A stretch of DNA of 64,000 nucleotides, taken from Botryllus schlosseri (lineage: Eukaryota). Of the stretch, positions 22,091 through 35,339 are shown piece by piece (within the stretch, counting starts at the first letter, position 1; each line of letters starts with the position of its first letter). The notes under the pieces were generated by a model that saw nothing but the letters and a program-made list of their open reading frames with translations, was not told the DNA's origin and made no database searches. The position numbers and the translations under genes are program-made. The stretch is from the NCBI GenBank assembly GCA_051294905.1, contig CM119383.1:11842001-11906000 (forward strand), read 5' to 3'.

Positions 22091-25000
22091 ATGAATAGTC
22101 CGATCTACAACCCGGTACAGTATAATGTTTCTATCTCAATGTATATGTTCGTAGCAATGCATATGGGATGATTGAATATCATAGAGATCATATAGATAGA
22201 GGCTTCATTTGTGTGACATGACGCTTAAAAGATCTGTTTCCATGTCCATACTTTCCTATACCTCAGCTCAGATTGCAACCGGAAGCGTCATCATTTTGTT
22301 CTAGGTCGTGATTCCATCACATATCATCAGAGGCGTTCAGTTCAGTAACGAAGTTGGCTACTTCTATTTTTTGGTGTACTCGTAGGTTGTGTTTTACGAC
22401 TACTTCCACTTCTGCTTTCTTTTTGAAAATCTACTTACTTTTTATCCGTTGTAAGTAGATAGTAGGTTCGGGGAACGTTTCCATCCGTTTTATGGGTCTA
22501 ATTATATCGGTAGAGTGTCATATTGCGGTATAGTCCCGAAGATGCACCCGTCAATTCCTACAAGCCACCTCCGGATAACCGCTAAAATATGTGACTGCTT
22601 GACCAATGACCATGCCTGTAATTTCAAACTACTTGCTTGAGTAATTTTTAAACCTTCCTTTTCTAATTTACACATGTTACAACAGGCTACACAGAGATCT
22701 ACTAGTATCGTAAATATCGTTATTTCAACGTACAGGACGTTTAATACTTATTCGTGATCCCGAGCATGCAACTTTAACCATTGAGATTGCGTTGTGAGGT
22801 CAAATATATCTTGTTTCGTGAGAGAGAGAGAGAGAGTGAGTGAGAGAGTCTAAATTTTCATCCAACCAAAATAGATAAAAAACAGGCGACAATGATGGTG
22901 GTTCAGAAAATATGCATGCACATCTGCACAGTATTCGGTATCAGATAGGATCAATACAACCGTGAAGGTCAACTAGTCTGATCACACCCACATCAAATAT
23001 GTATACTTGACTCTATACAGTCTGGTTGTAAAAATGTTAGTTAAAAAGGAAAATAAAAAAGAAAGGAAACAATGGTGGCTAATGATCAATGAAGCAATGT
23101 CTGGGTAAGGTAGGACAACAATGTTAATATAACATTGTCGGCTAACATTTTGGAAACATAAACCATGCATCGTATCATGTTCAATGTTTCGTTTTTCACA
23201 ACACCATTTTCACAATAGGTGGTGCCATTCACTACTGGACTCACTGCCATGCAGCCACAACTCATGATATGCGTGGATGGGACACCTACCGGGGCAAGGT
23301 GCGTACAACAGGACTATTTCAATAGTAGTCGCTTCAAAGCAATATGCAAATACAGCAATGCAGAACCGTTTAACTTTCTCTTCCATTTCTGTATTGCAGA
23401 TTTCACATCAATTTTCATACTGGTCCAAGCGAACACGACGATGTGGCGTTTCACTTCAACCCCAGATTTAATCCCCGAAAGGAAGTTGTGCGAAATACGA
23501 GAACTAGTGGAACGTGGCAAGCTTGGGATAAACACCCCGTTGGCTTCCCATTCCAAATGGGAAAACCGTTCAAAGTTATCATTCTTTGTCAACCTCATCA
23601 ATTCAAGGCACGTATAAACGCAGATAGTTTTTCACAGTCGTTCGTACAATACGTCGGCGTGAATCTGTTCAGTTTCAACTTTCAAGCGTCCTGCTCACAA
23701 CAAACTCCTTCAAAATCTACACGAAGCTGCGACTTCGTAATATAGATGTATCATCCGCTGAGATTGCTAGATTGGATGGACATTCCATAGATTTGGTGGA
23801 GAATATTTCTGTCACTTCATTTTGCAATTAAATGTTCACAGGTAGCAGTCAACGGCCGTCATCTTCTCGAATACCAGCACCGCCTGAGTTATCAATCGAT
23901 TCGATATATGCGCATAGAGGGAGATGTAGCTCTGTCTCTGGTGCGCACCGATTTCGAATCAATTCCACCACCAGCGCCTGTCCCAACCCCGGTATGCTAC
24001 TGAATCACATTTATATTTGTTTATTGAGCAAATAATTTAATTTACCAGTATTCGACGGTGACATAATATATATTAGCCGATGGTCCATTTGTATGGTTTC
24101 ATAAGCCATAATAGTCGTCCATATTCAAGACAAAATTACAACGGGATAATGTAACTCTCAGGTAGCACTGTACCACCGGAAAGGTAAATTAATTCAAGAG
24201 GTTGGCGATAACGTATTGATGAAAACTCTGAAGTATCTGCATTATGTAGAAGTATTAGTCCCAGCTGGGGAAAATCAAATTTGGTTTAGCATGAAGATCG
24301 TTTACATTTATGGCGTAACTGATAAATTGGAACCTGAATCCGTGCAGTAGGCTACGACATAAATTATGATCCACCATAAGGGCCTCTTTTTTACTGAAGT
24401 GCATGTACCACAAGACCATGTAAATACAGACATATTTGAACATCCAAACTTTTGTTCTGTACAGTACACGGTTGATCGTGGAAACACAGAAAGCCGGTGC
24501 TGGCGAAGTTAATATTTAACTATTCTTTCTAAACAACTCCTCGCTACGATTCTCTACCACCGGCTAACAAATTAATCAATCATTAATCGACGGGAAAATA
24601 AATCAATACGATTCGCCAGAGGAATATATAGGAGTCATGAAAAGCAAATATCATATAATATTTTGTGAAGACAACAGCCGAAAGCTTTATTCTCGTTTCG
24701 TGAAATTGGCGCGATTAAAGATACCTCCAGAGATACTGAATCACCTGGGAAACATAATTACATTCCTGTATTAGTGTAAATTGGAAAAGAATTCTGTGAA
24801 ACATCGCTATTCTGTACAGCAGTGGCGGGCAACATAAGGCCCGTAACGTGATTTTGAGCTGTTCCCAGCCTGTTTCCGGTCTTACAGGATAATGTGAGCC
24901 GCGGCCGCAGTCTGTCGCAATCCCCACCACTTTATTAGGCCTACTTCTCAAATTATAGTGACTGTGGGTTATTCTTTAGTTCCTTGTCTTCTTTGATTCA

Positions 25001-28000
25001 TTGTTTCGGTTTTAGTCACGTGACAATCATGACTTCCCATTTTTCCTACGGCGTCTTATGCCTTAATGCCTCAAGCCGGAAACATAGATCAAAGATTCAA
25101 AGTGAAATTTGGGCTGGTGGAATTTTTAAAGGCAAAACGGAGACAAATAATAGTTTTTGATCGGTATTCTAGTTTAGGTCTTTGATTTCTTTAAGTTTAC
25201 ACCAAATACGATATATTCCTTCTATACGTGGATAGATAGAATTCCGGAATCCGGCCCGCCAAATCGTTTTCGTACAGTGAACACTATGTACAATTGTACA
25301 TTGTACAGTGTGCACGATATCTACAGCAGTTCGCGTTTGTTTGCGCCCGGCCTGAGTAAGCAATTTAAGAATGGCTTAAGGCTTAATGCTTGCCGACTAG
25401 GAAATAGTCGAGAAAACTCGTGCGATCTTCGGGAATCCCCTAACTAATGACCATCCTCCGCATGAACTTTTGTGACTTGTGATCAGCTTCAATATGCCAG
25501 TCAGTGATCCGCGACCATGGAGAGATGCGTCACTGTTGAATGATTATTGATATCCATATGGATAATTTATTTAGATATGGATACTTTCACCATCCTGGTC
25601 GTACCCCAAGAGTCGAAATTGGGTCCATGTTTAGCCCAGTTTCATGGTAAAGCATATAGCAACAAAACAGATTTGGGTCGAGTTATCTTTATCGCCACCG
25701 CGTTTCCAAAATGAAGTGGAACTACCCCATTATATACCGAGAGATTTTTTTATTTAGGATTTAGTGCAAACCCTTAACGTGCCATTCCCAAACATCCGAG
25801 GTCGCAAGATAACCGTGACAGGAATACCGCAAAATCGACGTCCTCACAGGTATGCATTTACCAGTATAGTCTCTAAATCGTTTGCTGTGCTAGCAATGAC
25901 AAGCAGGACCGAAACAGCACTTCATCAGCCCCCCCCCCAAAAAAAACGTCGGTCTTGGGCCCCCCATTAAGAGGAAAACTTTCACCAACTTATATAAGTT
26001 AGTTGACCCTAATTGATAAAAACATATTTTGATATATTTACCGGAAATGTTCGTGTTGACAAAATGACAAAAACAAGTCATCACTAATAATTTTAGGGCC
26101 CTTCGAGCTCGCCCTCCCAATTGAGGGGTTTGGGGTGCGGCAGTTACGGCCCCGATGACAAGTATTTATGTTATAGGCTAATTATTTGCATGATAATTTG
26201 GTATCATAATTTAGGGTAATTATGATTAGATTCGAGCAGCTATGCAACGATTTCCACATCTTTGATACTTTCCCATCGTAAGATTATCGTGCCAGACCAC
26301 AAAAAAAGCAACGATCATAACTAATAGGTGCTCTCTCGTCACCTAACTGTGTATAAGGATAATTTAACACCGTCCGTAAATTTCTACTCGATTACAAGTA
26401 TAGGAGTACCACTTTTAAAGACATGTCAAAACTTCTTCGAGAGGAAAAAGAAAATGAAGGTCAGAAAAGCACTAATGCAAGTGACTTTGTTGATGGGTCG
26501 CATAGTTGTAGAAGTTGATCGCAGGTGACTACATCTGAAAATACGGGGTTCATCTTACGCAAAATGATCGATGACAATGAAAAGAGGCGCAATATATTTG
26601 AAAATATATTCAGTTGCCATGATACAGGGGTTCTTTTGGCCAGTTTCCATGGCATTTAAACTCGTGCAAGTGATGCAAGCATATGCCAAAAATATTTTCT
26701 ATACTATACAAAATCCAAATTGTAAAAAGCAAGTAGTTTACCCTAGAAATGCGTTAAGTAAAAATGGAAGTAGTCTAAAAACATCGACACTAGAGTAAGT
26801 GGTATAAGTGAGCAAAACGTACTTGAGTACTCCGCAGAAGAACAAGTACTGATACACGACTATAATCTATAAGCTAATAAAGCACATAGATTTTACTCTT
26901 TTTAACATGAATATGATTCTTACTTATAGAATCGGCAGGCTACATCCCACTCATGCCTACAATATTTTACGTCGAAAGTTCCACTGACTGAATTTTTGTT
27001 CAGGTTTTCAATCAACTTCAGAACTGGACCAGGGGGCGATATATTCTTCCATTTTAACGTCCGTTTCGATGAGAGACAGATCGTGCGGAACGCCCAGTTC
27101 AGTGGTGCATGGGGACATGAGGAAAGGGGATTGTCAGTCCCGTTTCCGTTCCAATACGGCGTGCCATACCAGGTTCAATTTTTTATATTGATTTTCGGAA
27201 TTAGATCTTTGAAATCGCCATTTTCTACTATCAAACGTCTTGCTCATATTACAAATGATGGGTATCAAATATAGTAATCTGACGTGGAACAGATACTTTA
27301 ATCCAGCGATTCCTCACCTATGTTCGACCGAACCCCGGAGATTCAGTTAGTCAGTTTTAGGGGCTCGGTGATATTGTTCACCCAACTACTAAGATTCGTG
27401 ATGTCACGCTCTAGCAAGACGCATTGTTCACCAAAATTCTATATTCGACATCAACGCCTCGTTATTTTCCGCCACGGCCCTAGTTCTGAACAATGCCAAT
27501 TTACATAGTTGATGGCGATTTTCAGGAAGTTCCCCAATGCCATGGTCGGATTATAATTTACATTTTCGAAATCAGTCCGATTAGTGTTATCAGATCGTTT
27601 TATGACACTAATCAGTGAATGCCACGTCATATATATATTCAAATTTCTTGTCTCGTATCATTAACTTTCGTAGGCTGCACCGCAACTGGCTGGTTCGGTA
27701 CATAAGGGCTCTCGACTAAGACTGGTGTTAGTAAGTAGTTCCACGAAGTAGATTTGGTAGAGGAGTCGCATATACTTTTAGCAGTTATTATGATCTGTCC
27801 TATGTCCAAATTGCAGGGGGCCGTTTCGCCACTTGCACCAAATGACTAATTACATTGTGCAATTACCGAGCATATGTCAAGTAGCCTACCCGTGATACAG
27901 GGGTTATACATCGCCAAGTTGTCATGACAATTTCACTCATAAAAAGTTTTGCTAACATATCACAAAATCTTTTTCTACTTTACAAAATGCAAGTTGTACG

Positions 28001-28315
28001 TATATTTGCTGGAAATATCTTTAAAGTAGAATTAGAAGTAGTCTGAGTAAGTAGGCAAGACCTACTTCAGTATTTTTTTAAATGGAATTACTTCGATTTA
28101 CTTGCTCTCATGTACGTACCTAATGAAACGAACTTGCAGAATTCATAATTCTTTCCATCTTCTCTCAGATAACGATTCACGTTGACCCAGGAGTATTCCG
28201 AGCGGAACTCAACGGAATGGCTATATGCGCGTTCTCCCACCGAAAGAGACCGCTGACGTTGATACGCCAGATTGAGGTCGTTGGGGCCACTTCCGTGACA
28301 AGCTCTTCATTTTAA
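22091..28315 (+). CDS. Tandem-repeat (bi-CRD) galectin, paralog B, 289 aa. Exons 22091-22114, 23219-23298, 23400-23607, 23842-23991, 25758-25849, 27004-27172, 28169-28315.
   Basis: The 870-nt spliced ORF reads MNSPIYNP|VVPFTTG..|FHINF..VAFHFNPRF..VVRNT..TWQAWDK..|VAVNGRHLLEYQHRL..PPPAPVPTP|DLVQTLNVPF..|FSINF..FFHFNVRF..IVRNA..AWGHEER..|ITIHVD..NG..FSHRK..*. One donor is GC (23608). The start exon is inferred from the typical galectin PIYNP motif. Confidence 0.9.
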
Positions 28316-30273
28316 TTATTGTCAGGAAGACAATAATATTCTCGTGGAATATATCCCTAAATCTCCACTGAAGTTCCAGTAATTAAAGTGCCCATTTTTA
28401 AGTCATACAATCACCGTCTCACTTTTAGGAATAGAAATAGAAACTGAAAGGTCTGTGAAGTACTTTGCTAATTATCCCTGGGCGAAGCATTTCTGGCGAC
28501 AACATCTGAAGCTGCAAAATCCATCTACATGGTGCAGAATCACTGTCATGGTGCCACAAACTGCTGTAATTCAGCATTTTCCATCTGCCTAGTACCTATC
28601 CATCCCGTGATGTACGGCGTTTTCCCCAGTTTGACGATTTGGCCCCTGGAAATGATTCAATCTATCCGAAAAATCTCCATAACTGACAAAATTTGATAAA
28701 CAAAAGCCAAGTATATTTGCTATTCAAAGGACGAAGACGAAATTTACATTTTATTATTAGGCCTACCTGAATATTTAAATAGGTCGTTACTGATTGTCGT
28801 GATATCGTGTCAATTGTATACTCTTTTACATTCAGTCAATTACCAATTATTGATTGATCACTACTCCGCTATATAGCTTATTGTGATTTTGTTTAACTGT
28901 TTAACAAAACGGACGATAGATGATAAAACAGGACTCAAGCAAATTACAAATTCGTATGGATCACTGCAATTGATATCGGAGAGATCTAGCAAGCTTGACG
29001 AAAATAAACATTGCCCTTATCAGCATTGAACAGTGAGCATGAGCAGTGCACGTACGATTTACGATGATTAAAATCTAGCACGTATGAATAGCTGTTACCC
29101 TGGGGTACCCAACCTTTTTTACATTGTGCCAGCCATTACCGCGACATGCACGACACATCAACATCCGACTGCTCGAAGTGTGTTGTTAAAGTGATCGGCA
29201 GCGCGTAACTTGACCGAAAATGACCATCGTAAATTGGCCCATACCTTCGATACATACAGTACATCCTCAATCGTCCATATGCTTCCAAATAGCCGACCTC
29301 GAATAGTTCAGTCCTGGCAATCTGAACCCCACAAATTCCACCCACAGCAGAAAGGGCCCTGTGATGAAATGCCACTGTGGAATCGTGTGCGTTTCGCAAA
29401 AAAAGTTTTTTTCAGTTTAGTCTGGTACGTTTGGGCGATTCCAATATCTTTTGACTATTTAGGAGACGGAATAATAGCGCGCAATAAAGAAATTTATAAC
29501 AACTGGTCTGAGGGAAGATGCTTTTGAAAATGATGATTTTCATGTTACATGAGACATTGTTAAACTGTTGTATATATTGTGCATGCTTTGTTTACTGCAT
29601 ACTAGTATTTGGAATATTCTGGAACTTAACAGCATAAGTGAGGATGACTCATATTGAAAGTGTTTTGGTATCTCGTGTACGTTCGAGTTAATGTTTTGAT
29701 ACTCGCGGGTATAATTCATGGTTTGATTCTGACTCCTCTCCAGGTAGTACGATACGTCGCTCGCTGTTTGAAGAGGTACGCTGTAATATACTCTGCTGTG
29801 TGTTGGGCTGGTGTTTGTCAAGTGTAAGAAATAAGAATCTCAAGCCGCAGGTAGAACGGTGTAGATTCTGAATTTCTTCAGATGCGGGGTGCCCTAAATA
29901 AATTTTAAAGGCACCACATATCCTCCTGCTGACCTGCTCTACCGGTATCACGTGGGTTTCACGCTCGGTGAGCACGTGGTGGGCTAGCCTGAGGGAGGAT
30001 CACAAATATTAGTGGTTTTACAACTAGCCAACCATCACACTCTGACTATACTCACATACCCAATACCCATATCAATTTACAACGTAGGCTACCAACAATT
30101 TACGACGATGTAAATTGCTTACGCTCATATATTAAAAATCGCTGTTGCGATTAAGTGGGCTCAAATTTAACACGTTTTCCGACGCTTTTTAATATTAGAT
30201 ACTGCCCCTTGCTATCATTTTCAGAAATTTCAATTCATGAGTGTTTTAATAAGTAGGCTATGTTAAAAATTGA

Positions 30274-30500
30274 GCGATAGCTAGACAGAGAAAGTGTCAT
30301 GATGACCTAGATTTGTTTTGCTACATATGTTACGAGAACACGTTGAAGATGAAGCGATTCAATGTGCGAAATGTCACCAAGTGCATTTACAACGAGTACT
30401 TTGGCATGACGTTGACAGATCAAGATATAAACGCCGGACACCGCAAACGGTCCGCCAGCTAAAACTTCGCTCTTATGGACTCAAGGTAAATTCTAAATGA
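30274..30500 (+). pseudogene. Relic of a DNA-transposon transposase N-terminus (Chapaev/CMC-like zinc-finger region)
   Basis: Frame reads ARQRKCHDDLDLFCYICYENTLKMKRFNVRNVTKCIYNEYFGMTLTDQD, then after a frameshift KRRTPQTV. This resembles the RKC..PDxFCYICGEYT..Y..YFG..LGDQDK.W.PH.VC pattern I recall for Chapaev3-type transposases. The family assignment is from memory. Confidence 0.55.
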
Positions 30501-30941
30501 TGCGAGTCGAGCGTGACCCTTCTGACGAAAGAATAATACTAAAGAACCACCGTGAAAAGTAGTACAAGTAGACCAAAGTCACTCAACTCATAGTTAGTGA
30601 CTTTGAAGTAGACATACTACGTGAATAGGCCGACTCCTAAAAGTAGCAGTATAGACTCATCATCATTATCATTTTACTATTTTTTTTCAAATCCAAACAG
30701 CCGGATAGCCTACTATAGATACTATTTCCCACTAGAGGCCCGGCATACTAGACCTCCTTTGACCTCGACCCCAACTCTAATCGGTATTATCGCCAACATT
30801 GCTTCGGTAGCACCCTCGCAGGGTCCCGTGGATATATACTCAGCTATCGCAGCTATCACTACTGTGGATATGCTCAGCTATCGCAGCTATCACCAAAAAT
30901 CGGAGACATACAGGTCATTTAAAGGTCACGTATCGTTTAGG

Positions 30942-31476
30942 GCGCAGCTATATCAGCTCCAGAGCACGTCCGGGTTGAAATAGTGCGAAGCTATCAGCTC
31001 CGGAGCACGTCCGGGTTCAAATAGTGCGCAGCTATCAGCTCCGGAGCACGTCCGGGTTCAAATAGTGCGCAGCTATCAGCTCCGCATCACGTCCGGGTTC
31101 AAATAGTGCGCAGCTATCAGCTCCGGAGCACGTCTGGGTTCAAATATTGCGCAGCTTTCAGCCCAGGAGCACGTCCGGGTTGAAATAGTGCGCAGCTATC
31201 AGCTCCGGAGCACGTCTGGGTTCAAATATTGCGCAGCTATCAGCGACGGAGCACGTCCGGGTTGAAATAGTGCGCAGCTATCAGCTCAGGAGCACGTCCG
31301 GGCTGAAATAGTGCGCAGCTATCAGCTCCGGAGCACGCCCGGATGCAAATAGTGCGCAGCTATCAGCTCAGGAGCAAGTCCTGATGCAAATAGTGCGCAG
31401 CTATCAGCTCAGGAGCACGTCTGGGTTGAAATAGTGCGCAGCTATCAGCTCAGGAGCACGTCCGGGTTGAAATAGT
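30942..31476. repeat. 41-bp GC-rich tandem array, about 13 copies
   Basis: Unit GCGCAGCTATCAGCTCCGGAGCACGTCCGGGTTGAAATAGT. Period checked (31026 to 31067). An inverted copy of about 1.3 units lies at 35006-35057. Confidence 0.95.
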
Positions 31477-31972
31477 TGCAATGCACATCGCGTTATTGAA
31501 AGGACTATCGTGTGCATAACATATTCTATGCTTCAATCACCTGAAATTTTTTTAACAAATCACTCAATTAAGGTTGGGGCAAGTGAGTCTATTCGGAGGG
31601 TATAATTGAGTGCGTAACGAGTCTACTGGAGTCATCGTGCCTCGCTACGTTTTCGTCACGAGAGGATAATTTAAAGAGTTATTGCGAGACAAATTGTCCG
31701 CAGATATTGCCATATCTAAACCACAGATTCCTCGAGAAGGCTCGCTGTAAGGTCTGGGGACCAAACAAGACACTGCGCTCGCGCAATGCCGCTACAGACA
31801 GATTTTTCATCGCAAATAACGCCGAAACCGTTAATTTTATGATCAAAATTGAAACCAAGTGACAAACCATTCAAAAGTGTTAGACTTGATCGTCGTATTG
31901 TAGGATTTACTGACAAGCATGTTCATTGACCTTCAACGATCACTTTATAAAACTGGATTGTATCGCCTTAAG

Positions 31973-33329
31973 CAGTGCTTCTCAACCTTTTTCATTTCGC
32001 GACCCACTTTTCATCCAAATTTCATTGCGCGACCCAATAGACGCCCTTTCGCGATTAAACCACTGCTAGTGGGTGCCAGTTTTTATGTTGTCAGTGTGTT
32101 ACAGTTATCTGGTCGCGCCTATAGTGTGAATATTTTCTGGAATTCATGTATGGCATTCGGCAATGATATTTCCAATGACATATACTACTATGAATTTTTG
32201 GCGACAGCGATATTTGGAGACAGTCATTTAGGCGCGTACCGCATATAGTCCATGGACAATTCGACATATATATACCGAAGGTTTCGATCCTTTTCGGCAG
32301 AGGTTTTCTCACTGTCGACCTTTTTGGCTGCATAATTCGGGGAGTCGCATGTTGGCCAAAGCTTCTTATGTCTTGGTGTGTCGTGGCGCGGTAATGGCCG
32401 ACACCGAAAGGCCTATTTCTATAAATTATGCGTATTATTCTATTAGGGAGATGTGTAAACCTCTATGGAAACCAAGACACCATCGATGCCAATTCGTGCC
32501 ATGCGCGAAGAAAATTTGAAAGAAGTTCAATAACTCTCCAAACAAATACTTCATAATGTATGTTGAAATGTTGATTCATGAGATAATTGTGGCCCATCTT
32601 CAAGCTCGATGCACCAATTGCGGGATTAGGGTGGGGCAGTTAAAAGTCCTGCATGTAACAGAGATGATTACGGGCGTGAAACGTTAATGTAGGCTCCTTG
32701 CCATCCGATCTGCTTTAGCGGTGTTTTAAAAAAGCCTGGAAGTGAACCGTGCTCCAAGTCGTCAGATGTGGAATCATAATAAAGAATATCGGCCCGGTGT
32801 AAATGACCGTTGTAGTAGAAACACACCATGACTACCACAAACAGAAACAGACGAGCAAGCCCGTATCCAATCAGCCATTCGTCTTTACGTCGAACACAAA
32901 GGGGTTATGAGTAACTTGCGTTGCGGCAATTGTTTGCTGATTGTAACGACAAATTGGGCTGGATTGCTGCATCTCTCGATCAACGTTCGCAAAGCCTTTT
33001 GGGGAAAGAATGAATTTCAATCTCAAGCATAGGCTACACAATAACGTACTGTCGGATTTCACGCTGCAATCAATATGACTGTGACGAAAATCTGGTTCAC
33101 GAATTATTGTGAGCTCGGCAACGTGGCTTGTGGTGCTTATGGGCGCAAAACAATTTAATTTGGAGGAGAAGAATATGTGCATTAACTATTTTAATCTTGA
33201 GAATATAAAGTGTCTAGAATAGTTGGAAAATTGAATACGAAAGTATAACAGTTAGAACGTCTTTGCCGCCCACCTTAAATATCTTCGCGGCACACTGGTG
33301 GGTCGCGACCCACCGGTTGAGAAGCACTG
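31973..33329. mobile_element. hAT (Charlie-like) MITE nested in the 5.7-kb element, containing a SINE 3' fragment at about 32700-32850
   Basis: CAGTGCTTCTCAACC / GGTTGAGAAGCACTG. Flanks GCCTTAAG / GCTTTGAG (6/8). Confidence 0.8.
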
Positions 33330-33832
33330 GCTTTGAGAGGGGATTTTCAAAGTATTGAAATGGACCTGTATGAATGGAATGATAAACCTGAAAAAGACAG
33401 GAGATTGATATTCGATATATTCCTATCAGAGCCCATCATGCATCATAACAAAAGCCAGATATCATCCGATGGAAAATTGCTGGTAACAGTCCCTGAGAAC
33501 AAATTTATATGGAACATTAATAGCCTACACCACCCAGCTACACTTCCGTGAGAATATAAACGGACAGACTATAGTTGTTCGATTTAAATCATACAAAAGG
33601 GTCGGTAAAGGTGAGCACTGCGCAACTTAAGCATTGAACCGTCTAAGAAACAGAGACACATTGTTATTAGATTAATCTACTACTACTACTACATCATCAT
33701 CGCCATTAGTTTATTAGCAATTTTATCAGTTCGATACACCACAAAAATGAGATGCGATGAAAAGAAAAGACAGGAAAGTGTCGAAGCTACTTGGAGTAGT
33801 CTATGGAATTAGACACTCACCTTGGCCTAGGT

Positions 33833-34826
33833 CAGTGGTTCCCAACCGGCGAGGGGGGGGATTCCCCTATTGGGGGAAATTTTGAAATTTTTAGGAGGTA
33901 ATGTGGCTTTGGCGTTGTATCGGAAGATACACATGGTTCACAATGTGTGGCGAAATAGCGCAGCGGTAAACTACACAGCTGCAACACCAATGGGTTCTGG
34001 GTTCGAGTCCGACCGAGGTCGACTCCAGGATTCCTACCTGAGTGTTGGGGTTTATCTAGGCTCCTCCTTGCCATCTCATCCGTTTGAGAGGTGTCTTATA
34101 AAAGCCTAGAGAAGTTGGCCTTTCTATAAGTCGGCCGCTACGGAATATAAAAAGTGCAGGAAATTGGCCTGGTGTAAATGACCATAGTAGTCAACACACA
34201 CCATGAACACCTCAAAACAAACCAACTGGGTGCACAAGGTTTTTAGATTTTTATGGTAGAACTGTTACGTAGAAACTAATTCTTTACAATTGTATGTTTC
34301 TTTGGCGGATTTTCAGCTGCGTGTATGTTTAAATGCCTTCCGTAGATATATACACCCCCTGATAAAGTGAGGCTCGCGACACGATTTCGTTGGACCCGCG
34401 ACAGCCTCCCGACTAAATTGCTACTAAGCAGGAAAAAGTCAAGCCGAATTCAGCACAAGGCCACTGGTGAAATCTGTTTACCTTTTTTAAGTCAACATAT
34501 GAGCTAATGTGAAAAACATATCAATTTCATCGATTCGACTCAAGGCCATAGCAAGCGGGCTTATAGTGATTTATGTTTCGTCAGCGGCTACCTGACCGGT
34601 TAAAAACAAGTCAAGTTTAGCTGTATACTTTACCACAGTGTAGTGCGGTCCGCATTCGACATAGTTCGGACATATCTGAATATGATTGTCCAGCAATTGC
34701 TCAATCAACAATGGCTGTGCGTTAAAAAGCACATCTTTAGTCACAGGCAAATTTTTCATAGGGGGGAATTTCAGCTCAATTATCGGCCAAAGGGGGCCAC
34801 GAGACGAAAAAGGTTGGGAACCACTG
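33833..34826. mobile_element. hAT (Charlie-like) MITE nested in the 5.7-kb element
   Basis: CAGTGGTTCCCAACC / GGTTGGGAACCACTG. Flanks GCCTAGGT / GCCTAGGC (7/8). Confidence 0.85.
33949..34223 (+). mobile_element. tRNA-derived SINE, family 2
   Basis: GGCGAAATAGCGCAGCGGTAA (A box) ... GGGTTCGAGTCC (B box), followed by a non-tRNA body. The 3' part (GGTGTAAATGACC..TAGTA..ACACACCATGA..AAAC) recurs at about 32790-32850. Confidence 0.7.
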
Positions 34827-35339
34827 GCCTAGGCGATGTAAAGAGGAGGCATGAACACTGTACAAAAAGTAAAGAAGATAGTAGGCCTATAGAAAAAAGA
34901 AAGAGTGATTTAATCGACAGCGATTACTTGATGACTTGAAATTGACTCGTAAATTTTGCTTCGAGTCACGAGTCAAGTCATGACCCGAGTCATCCCAACA
35001 CTGGTCCAGACGTGCTCATGAGATGATAGCTGCGCACTATTTGAAACCCGAGTGCTCGTGATTAGTTATATGATATTAACATTGATAAAGACATTTATTC
35101 AATTCAACGTAGGCCTAATAATGTAAATAATATGATTAGTTATAAATAATTTGCGTTTGTGGCCATGCAATCTTCAGGTCTTCCCGTCAAGAATCGCGTA
35201 GTATGTAGCGAGATAGTCGAAGTATACTTGAGTAGCCGAGTGCAGGTCAAGTCAATACCAAGATTGATTCAAGTCGAGTCGAGTCACCAAAAATCCTTAC
35301 TGGAGTCATTACAGTATCCTAGTTCCGGTCCCCGAGCGG

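Noticed and set aside
29540-29975. Two overlapping minus-strand ORFs of 93-95 aa
   Set aside because: They show no recognisable domain and I could build no consistent splice model.
30310-30470. Minus-strand frame PFAVSGVYILICQRHAKVLVVNA, faintly galectin-like
   Set aside because: The plus strand gives a much more specific transposase-like CxxC pattern, so the similarity is likely chance.
30942-31476. Regularly spaced repeats resembling a CRISPR array
   Set aside because: The units are contiguous 41-mers with no unique spacers, there are no cas genes, and the context is eukaryotic.
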